Origin: Planctomycetota bacterium
Lineage (GTDB): Bacteria; Planctomycetota; UBA1135
Length of the DNA stretch: 51,444 nt
Direction of reading: 5' to 3'
NCBI GenBank assembly: GCA_029941685.1
Contig: JAPYTC010000003.1
Span: 1 to 51,444 of the forward strand
The position numbers were made by a program, and so were the translations under genes. Below are positions 37,302 to 46,800 of the stretch, in pieces. Under the pieces are notes generated by a model. It made no database searches. It saw nothing but the letters and a program-made list of their open reading frames with translations, and had not been told where the DNA came from. The first letter of the stretch is position 1, and each line of letters begins with the position of its first letter.

Positions 37302-38590
37302 TGAAAAACATTCTACGTCTTTCAACTGGTGGCCTGATTCTCGCCGGCGCTTCATTCTTCGTGATGGGCGATTCTGCGATTGGCTACTCAACTATCGGTG
37401 GTAGCCTTAACCTGGGTCAACGCGACTTCCGCGTTTATGACAACTTTAGCGGTAGCCCTGCGAACAACAACACGACCAATCATTCAAACTGGCCGGGTTA
37501 CACTGGCGCAGAACTAGCTATCTGGAAAGGTGGCGCAGAATGGAACTCGCGCGCACACGGCGACGGTTCTGGAGATGGCGCACAAAGCGTTGTTGGTTCT
37601 GGTGGCGCAAACATGACTTTCTTTTGGGAAGGAATGGCTAGCGGCATTGGTGGCAGTAACGACAACATCGTTTCATCGATTAGTGGTTCAAGTGGCGGTG
37701 TTCTTGCCTACTGCGAAACCCCAATTAACGATGGTTGGCGCATCCGCTTCTACGGCGATGCTTGGTCATGGCAAGATGGCCCTGGCACTGTAAATAGTGG
37801 CATGGACATTCAGGGCGTGGCTTGTCACGAATTGGGTCACTCGCTTGGCCTTGGTCACTCTACAGCTGGTGGTAGCCCAACAATGAACGCTTACATTTCA
37901 GGCACTGGCTCCGGTCAGCGCTCAATTGCAAGCGACGATATTGCTGGTCTTAAGAGTATCTACTCAGCCAGAGATTCTAACATGCCATGGATTGACAACG
38001 TTGCTGTTTCTGGCAACACCGTAACAATTTCTGGTGGTGGTTTCTCGGCGTCAACAAACCGTGTGTGGATCATGAACGATTTACTCGATGGTGGTAACAG
38101 TGGTGGCGCTCACGAAACTGTAGCTGACGTGCCCTCATCAAACGGCACTAGCCTGACATTCCAACTTCCAGCTTCAGGCTGGGAAAGCGGATGTATCGCT
38201 GTTAAGCGGACCACAGGTGGCACCTACGGTAACTTGTCTGAAAGCCATCCGTTCGACGCTAGCGGCGGTGGTGGTGGTGGTGGTAACGACACTGCAAATT
38301 TAACTGCAAACACCTACACACCAAACATAGGTACAGGTATCACTTTTAGTTGGACTAACGCGCCAGCAAGTGCAGCCTACAACTTGGTTTACTCCTTTAC
38401 TGACCGTAGCCCGTTCTTCAACACCTACAACGGTCTTGTTGGCAGTGGCACGAATACAGCTTGGGGTACAGGTTCTCTCTACCGCATAGTACCTAACCGC
38501 GCGGCAGGACGCACTGTATTCATCGAATGCCAGTACATTGCAGGCGGTGTTGTTTACGACACAAACACCATTCGTCTCGACGTTCCATAA
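37301..38590 (+). CDS. Secreted metzincin (matrixin/M10-like) zinc metalloprotease with C-terminal beta-sandwich domains
   Basis: 429 aa. HELGHSLGLGHS (HExxHxxGxxH) followed by PTMNAY (Met-turn). IPT/TIG-like segment VSGNTVTISGGGFS. A Gly7 linker and a further C-terminal domain. Confidence 0.8.
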   Translation: MKNILRLSTGGLILAGASFFVMGDSAIGYSTIGGSLNLGQRDFRVYDNFSGSPANNNTTNHSNWPGYTGAELAIWKGGAEWNSRAHGDGSGDGAQSVVGSGGANMTFFWEGMASGIGGSNDNIVSSISGSSGGVLAYCETPINDGWRIRFYGDAWSWQDGPGTVNSGMDIQGVACHELGHSLGLGHSTAGGSPTMNAYISGTGSGQRSIASDDIAGLKSIYSARDSNMPWIDNVAVSGNTVTISGGGFSASTNRVWIMNDLLDGGNSGGAHETVADVPSSNGTSLTFQLPASGWESGCIAVKRTTGGTYGNLSESHPFDASGGGGGGGNDTANLTANTYTPNIGTGITFSWTNAPASAAYNLVYSFTDRSPFFNTYNGLVGSGTNTAWGTGSLYRIVPNRAAGRTVFIECQYIAGGVVYDTNTIRLDVP

Positions 38591-38610
38591 AACCTTTAAA
38601 CGTTTTTGCT

Positions 38611-38645
38611 ACAGGTCGCAGTCTAAACTGCGACCTGTTTTTTTA
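38611..38645 (+). terminator. Rho-independent terminator after the metalloprotease gene
   Basis: Perfect 11-bp stem ACAGGTCGCAG / CTGCGACCTGT with loop TCTAAA, followed by TTTTTTTT. Confidence 0.85.
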
Positions 38646-38706
38646 TTAATCGGCTAAAGTCGCAGCAGGGGTTGGGTCGATAAGGGGGTGAACCCATTAA
38701 AGCCCC

Positions 38707-39057
38707 ATGACTTCCGCCGATAACCTACTTGCCTACGCCCAACGCTGTCACAGCGAAGGACGCTTTCTTGCTGCCGCAGACTTTCTTCTAGAAGCATTTC
38801 GCAATCATCCTGAAGACCCGAATGTGTCGCGTGAGTTAGGTAAAGTATTGCGCTCTGTTGGTGATACCGAAGGTGCGATAACTTATCTAAAGCGTTCATG
38901 GCAACACGACTCATCGTGTCCCGACACAGTTGCGGAACTTATTCTGGCACTTCATGAAGTGCACCGCGAAGACGAAGCCGTATCTGTTATGTTACGCTCA
39001 CTTGAGGCTGGCCTTGACGAAACAGAATTCGCAAACTGCATTGTAGATGGCGCTTAG
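38707..39057 (+). CDS. Small TPR-like repeat protein
   Basis: 116 aa. Helical repeat pattern (AYAQRCHSEGRFLAAADFLLEAFRNHPEDPNVSRELGKVLRSVGDTEGAITYLKRS). Preferred over the overlapping 86-aa minus-strand ORF. Confidence 0.55.
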   Translation: MTSADNLLAYAQRCHSEGRFLAAADFLLEAFRNHPEDPNVSRELGKVLRSVGDTEGAITYLKRSWQHDSSCPDTVAELILALHEVHREDEAVSVMLRSLEAGLDETEFANCIVDGA

Positions 39058-39075
39058 TTAGCGTAAACTGACTTC

Positions 39076-39621
39076 ATGTCAGATCGTTGGAAACTACAAT
39101 CATCGAAAAATCATGGTGCGTACCGGATCTTTTCGGTGCGCGAAGATTTTTATGGTCACCCTGCTTTAGAAAACGCTGCGTCGTTTTTTGTAATTGAGAG
39201 TAGTGACTGGGTTAATGTGATTGCAGTTACCCCTAGCGATCAGATTGTTTTGATAAAGCAATTCAGGCCCGGAGTCGGCGGAGTACGTTTAGAAATTCCG
39301 GGGGGCATTATCGACGACGGCGAAAGCCCGTCCGATGCTGCCGCAAGAGAGTTGCGCGAAGAAACTGGCTACCTTGGTGATCCCCCACAGTTAATTTGTG
39401 AGGTAGAGGCTAATCCTGCCATCCAAAACAATCGTTGCTTTTCATTTCTCATCAACAACGCGCGGCCTGATGCGACACGCAAGCTAGATTCAGGCGAAGT
39501 GATTGACGTGCAGTTGAGGCCTTGTTCAGAGCTAGATGCCATTATTGCGGACGGCGAACTGCAGCACGCTTTGTTACAGTTACCGTTGATACATTTCCTG
39601 CGACAACGTGATTCTCAATAA
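39076..39621 (+). CDS. NUDIX hydrolase (ADP-ribose pyrophosphatase-like)
   Basis: 181 aa. Nudix box GGIIDDGESPSDAAARELREETGY (Gx5Ex7REUxEExGU). Confidence 0.88.
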   Translation: MSDRWKLQSSKNHGAYRIFSVREDFYGHPALENAASFFVIESSDWVNVIAVTPSDQIVLIKQFRPGVGGVRLEIPGGIIDDGESPSDAAARELREETGYLGDPPQLICEVEANPAIQNNRCFSFLINNARPDATRKLDSGEVIDVQLRPCSELDAIIADGELQHALLQLPLIHFLRQRDSQ

Positions 39622-39857
39622 TGCCTCAACAACAGTGCCCCCCTTGCCCAAAATGCGGATGTCCTCCGGAAGGCTATCTCGAATTATTCGAGACTGTTAA
39701 TTGTGCGCGCTGTCAGCATTGCCAAAAAGAGATCAATGTACGAGAAATGGCACAGGTGTTGGGCAGTTATTCTGATGCTGAAATTGTTGCCGAGGGTGAA
39801 AAGACCGGCCGCTTGCTGTGCGACGACGACGACAGCGACCACGATTTTGGCGAATAG
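39621..39857 (+). CDS. Small Cys-rich zinc-ribbon-like protein with an acidic tail
   Basis: 78 aa. CPPCPKCGC ... CARCQHC, with C-terminal CDDDDSDHDFGE. ATG overlaps the NUDIX stop by 1 nt (TAATG). Confidence 0.5.
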   Translation: MPQQQCPPCPKCGCPPEGYLELFETVNCARCQHCQKEINVREMAQVLGSYSDAEIVAEGEKTGRLLCDDDDSDHDFGE

Positions 39858-39887
39858 CGTAAGTCTGCCTATTCGGCAGTCAGGTTG

Positions 39888-39903
39888 TGGCACATTTATT
39901 GCT
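39888..39903 (+). promoter_or_regulatory. Candidate sigma-54 (-24/-12) promoter upstream of the receiver-groES-groEL unit
   Basis: TGGCACATTTATTGCT against the consensus TGGCACG-N4-TTGCW. GG and GC are correctly spaced and all fixed positions match except one. It is the only TGGCAC-N5-TTGC I found by eye on either strand. It lies in the 62-nt gap before ATG 39920. Confidence 0.45.
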
Positions 39904-39919
39904 ATTTACCCCTGTAAAC

Positions 39920-40291
39920 ATGTCTTTTCGTATCCTAATCGCCGATGACCAAGTTGACCAGCTAAACGCTGTTGTCGCTTTGTTAGGTAATGTCGAGTAC
40001 ACCATCGAGGTGGCTTACAGTGGGTCTGATGCGTTAAACATGCTGCTTAATAGTGCCTTCGACTTATCTTTGCTTGACATGCACATGCCAGGGCTAACCG
40101 GCCTCGAGGTGCTTGATCACCTTAATCAGGTGGGTAATACAGTGCCAAGCATCTTAATGACTGGCAAACCGTCGCGCGACATCGAGCTGGCCGCCCTTGA
40201 ATTGGGCGTAATCACAATGTTGCGCAAACCAATCCCCGCAGAACTCCTGCGTTTAACAGTAAATCAAATTTTTACCAAAAATCATGGCTAA
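39920..40291 (+). CDS. Stand-alone response-regulator receiver domain (CheY-like)
   Basis: MSFRILIADD (acidic pair), DLSLLDMHMPGLTG (phospho-acceptor Asp context) and ILMTGKP. ATG 39920 is preferred over GTG 39887. The stop overlaps the groES start by 8 nt. Confidence 0.8.
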   Translation: MSFRILIADDQVDQLNAVVALLGNVEYTIEVAYSGSDALNMLLNSAFDLSLLDMHMPGLTGLEVLDHLNQVGNTVPSILMTGKPSRDIELAALELGVITMLRKPIPAELLRLTVNQIFTKNHG

Positions 40292-40592
40292 ATCCGCCAA
40301 AAAAATTGCAATTCGTCCTCTTGGCGACAAAGTTCTAGTTCAGCGCCTCGCAGCAGCTGAAATCTCCGCCGGTGGCATCGTGCTGCCAGAATCAGCCAAA
40401 GAAAAGCCGGCTGAGGGCACCGTTATCGCTTTGGGCGAAGGTCGCTTGCTCGACGACGGCTCACGCTCCGGGTTCGCTGTGACGGCTGGCGAGCAGGTAT
40501 TGTTTACCTCATATGCTGGCACCGAAGTTGAATGGGAAGGCGATAAGTACTTAATCATGTCTGAAAATGACATTCTCGGCATCATCGGTTAA
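40284..40592 (+). CDS. groES: Co-chaperonin GroES
   Basis: 102 aa. IRPLGDKVLVQR, GGIVLPESAKEKPAEGTVIALGEG and YLIMSENDILGII. Confidence 0.97.
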   Translation: MAKSAKKIAIRPLGDKVLVQRLAAAEISAGGIVLPESAKEKPAEGTVIALGEGRLLDDGSRSGFAVTAGEQVLFTSYAGTEVEWEGDKYLIMSENDILGIIG

Positions 40593-40599
40593 TAAATAG

Positions 40600-42258
<1,659 letters not shown>

Positions 42259-42261
42259 AGC

Positions 42262-43293
42262 TTAGCCTTTAATTACATCAAAATAGTGTAATTCAATGTC
42301 TTTACAGAGGAAGTCATCTTTGATGATTTCCTCTTTTACGTAGTCTGTGGACAAGTATTTCTTATTACAGTCGGCGAACACGGTTGCCACTGCAGCATTG
42401 TCGTCAGCATCGTAAGCTAGCATTAATGCGCCAAGCAAATTGGCTCCTGATGAAATTCCCACTGATAATCCTAATTCGGTTGCTAAACGTTGTGCCATGC
42501 AAATTGAATCTCCGTCATACACCGAAACAATGGGTGCAAGAGATTTGAGATCAACAATTGCTGGGATGAACTCGTCGCTGATACCTTGAATGCGGTGGCT
42601 ACCCACCTTGTGGCCGGTAGTTAAAGTCGGCGAGTCAAAAGGCTCGAGTGGATGCACGCTTACTTCTGGAGCATGCTCACTCAAGTGGCGGTGCACGCCC
42701 ATTACTGTACCACCCGTGCCAACACCCGCAACGAATGAGGTCAGTGTCGCGCCATACTCTCGCATTTGTGCAAGTAATTCTGGAGCAGTTGAATACGCGT
42801 GTGCTTCAACATTCGCATCATTAGCAAACTGCTGTGGCAAGAATACGTTTTCGTTTTCTGCCGCATACTTTTCAGTTAGCTCGATGCTACCGATGAATCC
42901 ACCTTGCTCTTTCGAGACCGGTACAACCGTCGCCCCTAAAGATTTAATAACATCCGTACGCTCTTTGCTCATCCAGTCTGGCATTAAGATACGCACCTGG
43001 TGACCGAGAGCACTACCAATGCCGGCAAAAGCGATTCCGGTATTGCCCGAAGTGGCCTCAACGATAGTGTCGCCTGGCTTAATCGCCCCAAGCTCATATG
43101 CGCGGCGCATGATGTGTAACGCCATACGATCTTTGATGCTACCCGTGAAATTCCCGGATTCGAGCTTAACGAATATCTTTACCTGCTTACCTTTGACGCT
43201 GCAATGCAAAACCAAACAAGGGGTGTTGCCGATTAGGTTGTCGAGCGCGCTAAGTCGTTGCTCGGGCGTTGATTGTGGGACTGTGGTATTCAA
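42262..43293 (-). CDS. cysK: PLP-dependent cysteine synthase family protein (CysK/CysM-like)
   Basis: GSIKDRMAL (PLP Lys), TSGNTGIA and AGVGTGGTVMG. The track ORF start (43386) runs into tRNA-Leu, so I place the start at TTG 43293 (MNTTVPQSTPEQ), preceded by GGGGG and a TATAAT box. Start confidence is low; family confidence is high. Confidence 0.8.
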   Translation of the reverse strand: MNTTVPQSTPEQRLSALDNLIGNTPCLVLHCSVKGKQVKIFVKLESGNFTGSIKDRMALHIMRRAYELGAIKPGDTIVEATSGNTGIAFAGIGSALGHQVRILMPDWMSKERTDVIKSLGATVVPVSKEQGGFIGSIELTEKYAAENENVFLPQQFANDANVEAHAYSTAPELLAQMREYGATLTSFVAGVGTGGTVMGVHRHLSEHAPEVSVHPLEPFDSPTLTTGHKVGSHRIQGISDEFIPAIVDLKSLAPIVSVYDGDSICMAQRLATELGLSVGISSGANLLGALMLAYDADDNAAVATVFADCNKKYLSTDYVKEEIIKDDFLCKDIELHYFDVIKG

Positions 43294-43325
43294 AGCGCCC
43301 CCATTATAGTAATATGCAAAAAAAA

Positions 43326-43414
43326 TGGTGCCGGGAACAGGAGTCGAACCTGCACGGGATTTTACTCCCACATGGCCCTCAACCATGCGCGTCTGCCAAT
43401 TCCGCCACCCCGGC
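43326..43414 (-). tRNA. tRNA-Leu (anticodon GAG), class II with a long variable arm
   Basis: The reverse complement gives GCCGGGG-TG-GCGG-AATTGGCAG-ACGC-G-CATGG-TTGAGGG-CCATG-TGGGAGTAAAATCCCGT-GCAGG-TTCGACT-CCTGT-TCCCGGC-A-CCA (89 nt). The variable arm has a GGGA/TCCC stem. A T8 run follows immediately. Confidence 0.9.
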
Positions 43415-43472
43415 TATGAGGGAGGCAAATTTTAACGCGTTCTGAGTTTTAGTCTAGCTAATTTCAGAAAAA

Positions 43473-45509
43473 TCACTCGCTTATCTCGGCAGACACTAAC
43501 ATTTCAACATGTCGGCGAGAAGAATGTAGCGCTACCGATATCGGTTCGAGCAATGTTAGTGGTAGCCATCCACGATTTTCTTGGTCGACCAACTGTTGCA
43601 AGCGGTCTTTTGAGCGTACATCGCGGGACAACAACTCGTTATCGATGTATGACTGCAACAGACCGTCCTCGATAGCGCTTAATGTTGAGCGGCCATCAAA
43701 GTGCTTGTTGCGCATTTCTTGTTCAACCTGTGGGCGTTGTGATCGCCACGCGCTTTCACGCTCTCGACGGAGCCTGTATTCCGCCGTAGCCTGAGCTACA
43801 TCGCTGAACCATTGCTGTGCGCGGTGCGGCGAGAACCATGCAAAGAAGTGTGCGCCATTAGGGCTGTTGTCCAACTCGGATTTAAAGGATGGCAAAAACA
43901 ATAATTGACGACGCTTCGCAGAAGGCTCACTAGCTGCGAGAAACGCTGTTGACATTATTTCGCTAGAGTATTTCGCTGAGTTTGTTATCACCAAAGTTTT
44001 TAGCGTTGGTACGTAAAGCAACATTATCTCACCCGTTCCGGGAACTATTTGCGATACAAAACTTGTGCCCACTGCGCCACCACCAAAGGTCACGCTTTGT
44101 ACCTTTTGGTTCACATCGCCCGTAAAGCTTGCCCAATTTTCCTTCAGGTATTGGAATAGGTGATCGTAGGCGCCCATGTCGCGCACCTTGCCGTAAATCG
44201 CAAACAATGGGACTGGAGTGCCGTCGTGTAGCGGATCCGAAGCCATCTCGTCAAAATTGTTTTCGCGCAGACTGAAAGCAATGCCTTGACGATAAACACC
44301 ACCGATGCTTTGCATGAGGTGCAACATGTTTTGATAGTCGCCACCGCGTGCAATTTCGGACTCCATCATTGAGCGTAGATCGCCTGGAACTAATGAGTAG
44401 CCCTCTGTCAAGAGCTTTGATACTTCTCCGGACACTGTCCCAAAAGCAAATGACTGCGCTGGAACCATACTAGCAAACTCTTCTATTTGCTTACGCTTAA
44501 CGGAGCTGCCTTGAAGCCACTTTTGTTGATAGCCCTTAGCTTTTGCCAAATCGGTATCGCCGCCAAGGCGTAACTTTATTCCGTTATCTAAATTTAAGTA
44601 GCCGGCGCAGAAACGCAGTAGATTCATGTTAAATAGTCGATTCAAAAACTGCTCAGCAATACTATCGCTGTTTAATGGCGGCCAAACAGGTGCCGATGCT
44701 GAGTCGCGACCGAAGCGGAAAAATATTTCTAGAGGTGTTTGGTTCGGGCCGAGATAAGCGCTTACATTATCGTGAAACACCGAAGCTCGCGCTAATGAGT
44801 CTTGACCACCGCGTTTATCAAAGTCATTGGCGATGGTTAAAAATTCTTTTTCGGATGCTAACAACAATACATCTTTTACGCGACCAAGGTAAGCGTCTTG
44901 AAAACCAAACAATTCGAACTGCGGGATACGGTAAATACCTCTACCAACATCTTCGAACTTTAAAGACTCTGGTAATTTTTCACGTACAAAGTCAAAGTTG
45001 AGCATAGATACGCCGGCTTTAACCTTGAAGGACGCACGCATCATAATCACCCCCTTAAACTTACTGTCGAATGACGGTGCGCCGCGCCCTGCGATGACAA
45101 ACTCGCGCATAAAATCTTCTTTCAGGCTCAGTCCAGTGGGCAGGTAATCGTTTATTTGCGAAAGACTGCTGAGCAACTGATCAATTTCGAAGTCTTCTGA
45201 CCATTGCTTGAGCGCCCCACTCTCTTTTACGGGTGCATACTGAGAACTATTTTCTACGTCAGACCAAATCGCTGGCTCAGGGAACTCGTTGAAATGGCTA
45301 CCTACATCTTGCCAGCGCACAAAGTAATCTACCTCGGAAGGTAAAATAGAGGCCGTATCGTCGAGGGTGTCTTCGAATGGGTCAAAGAAGAAACTCACGA
45401 AGAGTAAATACACCAGAAAAATCACCACAATTAAGCTAGCAGCGATTATCGAGAATCGACGAGAACGGAGAATGGCGCTAATGCGCTCGGTAACAGTGAA
45501 GTCAGACAT
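43473..45509 (-). CDS. Hypothetical membrane-anchored protein (single N-terminal TM helix, large extracytoplasmic domain)
   Basis: 678 aa. TM segment FSIIAASLIVVIFLVYLLFVSFFF. No catalytic motif recognised. Confidence 0.6.
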   Translation of the reverse strand: MSDFTVTERISAILRSRRFSIIAASLIVVIFLVYLLFVSFFFDPFEDTLDDTASILPSEVDYFVRWQDVGSHFNEFPEPAIWSDVENSSQYAPVKESGALKQWSEDFEIDQLLSSLSQINDYLPTGLSLKEDFMREFVIAGRGAPSFDSKFKGVIMMRASFKVKAGVSMLNFDFVREKLPESLKFEDVGRGIYRIPQFELFGFQDAYLGRVKDVLLLASEKEFLTIANDFDKRGGQDSLARASVFHDNVSAYLGPNQTPLEIFFRFGRDSASAPVWPPLNSDSIAEQFLNRLFNMNLLRFCAGYLNLDNGIKLRLGGDTDLAKAKGYQQKWLQGSSVKRKQIEEFASMVPAQSFAFGTVSGEVSKLLTEGYSLVPGDLRSMMESEIARGGDYQNMLHLMQSIGGVYRQGIAFSLRENNFDEMASDPLHDGTPVPLFAIYGKVRDMGAYDHLFQYLKENWASFTGDVNQKVQSVTFGGGAVGTSFVSQIVPGTGEIMLLYVPTLKTLVITNSAKYSSEIMSTAFLAASEPSAKRRQLLFLPSFKSELDNSPNGAHFFAWFSPHRAQQWFSDVAQATAEYRLRRERESAWRSQRPQVEQEMRNKHFDGRSTLSAIEDGLLQSYIDNELLSRDVRSKDRLQQLVDQENRGWLPLTLLEPISVALHSSRRHVEMLVSAEISE

Positions 45510-45567
45510 TATGAAGTTATTTAGACGAAGTTAGAGTAAAATTCCGTCCACCTAATGGGTACGAATC

Positions 45568-46800
45568 ATGTCATCAGCAAACAGCACAAAAATGGGCTCC
45601 TTTTCCGAAAAGATGGGGCAAATCGAAGACTCAGCCACCTTATCGGTGATGGGAAAGGTAAAGGGCTTAATTGCCCAAGGGGTTGATATTATAAATCTTA
45701 CTGCCGGCGAACCGGACTTCAGCCCGCCACAATGTGTTAATGATGCTGCAATCAAAGCTGTTCAAAATGGCATGGGGCGCTACACGCCCTCGGCTGGCTT
45801 AATCGAATTACGCGATATCGTCGCTAAATCGATTCGCAATGAGATTGGGATAGAATATCAAGCCGAAAATGTCGTGGTCTGTAATGGCGCCAAGATTGCG
45901 ATTGTACAGGCGCTAATGGCCATTCTTAACGATGGCGACGAGGTGCTCATCCCCTTCCCGTGCTGGACGTCATACCCTGAAATGGTCAAGCTTGCCGGCG
46001 GTGTACCTGTAATGGTAGCTTGTGATGAAAACATGTTGCCTGATATGAGCGCGCTTGATGCCGCATGTAACAAGCGAACTGTAGCGATTCTTATTAACAC
46101 GCCATCCAACCCAACTGGTGTGGTTTTCCCTAAAGATTTCACGCGCGAATTAGGTGAATGGTGTTTGGCAAAAGGGCTACGCATCATTAGCGACGAGATG
46201 TATTGCGCGCTAACCTACAACGGCATCGAACATCACTCGCCGTTAAAGCTAGTACCTGAACTACAGAAAACCAGTGCCTGGATTGGCGGTATGAGTAAAT
46301 CATTCGCAATGACGGGATGGCGAATGGGATTCTTCGCGGGCCCAAAAGACTGGGCCGCAATTGTCGGACGCATTCAATCGCAATTAGCTGGATCACCCAA
46401 TGCCATTGCGCAACAAGCTTCTATGGCTGGGTTAAGCCACGGCATGGCAGAACGCGAAGCGATGCGTTTAGAGTTTGAAAAACGCAGTAAATTAATCGCC
46501 GCCGGGATTGATGCGATTGAGGGCATCAGCTGCCCCGAACCACAAGGTGCTTTCTATTGCTTCGTCGACATTAGCAGCCTCATTGGTCTCACTGATGAAA
46601 GTGGTATCACCATCAACAGCGGGGACGACTTCTCTAAGGTTTTACTTGAAGTGGATAAAGTGGCCACGATTGGCGGCAGCGCTTTTGGCGCAACCAATCA
46701 CTTTAGAATTTCTTTCGCTGCATCTGAGACTGAGCTCGAGCGTGCGTTAGAAAAATTATCTTCGCGAGTTAGCACGTTGTTAACGTCCGGGAAAAACTGA
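45568..46800 (+). CDS. Class I pyridoxal-phosphate-dependent aminotransferase (aspartate aminotransferase-like)
   Basis: 410 aa. INLTAGEPDF, NTPSNPTGVV and SKSFAMTGWRMG (PLP Lys). Confidence 0.88.
   Translation: MSSANSTKMGSFSEKMGQIEDSATLSVMGKVKGLIAQGVDIINLTAGEPDFSPPQCVNDAAIKAVQNGMGRYTPSAGLIELRDIVAKSIRNEIGIEYQAENVVVCNGAKIAIVQALMAILNDGDEVLIPFPCWTSYPEMVKLAGGVPVMVACDENMLPDMSALDAACNKRTVAILINTPSNPTGVVFPKDFTRELGEWCLAKGLRIISDEMYCALTYNGIEHHSPLKLVPELQKTSAWIGGMSKSFAMTGWRMGFFAGPKDWAAIVGRIQSQLAGSPNAIAQQASMAGLSHGMAEREAMRLEFEKRSKLIAAGIDAIEGISCPEPQGAFYCFVDISSLIGLTDESGITINSGDDFSKVLLEVDKVATIGGSAFGATNHFRISFAASETELERALEKLSSRVSTLLTSGKN

Noticed and set aside
38654-38914. 86-aa minus-strand ORF
   Set aside because: It overlaps the plus-strand TPR-like ORF, which has a coherent helical-repeat sequence and fits the downstream operon. 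The minus ORF has no motif and runs toward a terminator on the other strand.
39861-39880. Short hairpin CTGCC-TATTC-GGCAG after the zinc-ribbon gene as a terminator
   Set aside because: It has only a 5-bp stem and no U-tract, so it is too weak to call. It may be incidental or part of the promoter region.
39858-39920. CIRCE (HrcA operator) or a sigma-32 heat-shock promoter upstream of the groESL unit
   Set aside because: There is no TTAGCACTC-N9-GAGTGCTAA here. CCCCTGTA (39909-39916) resembles a sigma-32 -10 box, but the best -35-like TTG lies 18 nt upstream, which is too far. A CIRCE-like half-site TTAGCACTTGC at about 2118 has no inverted partner.
42262-43386. The full 374-aa ORF as the cysteine synthase CDS
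   Set aside because: Its first roughly 20 codons lie inside tRNA-Leu(GAG) on the same strand, and the N-terminal 31 aa do not resemble CysK. It was shortened to the TTG at 43293.
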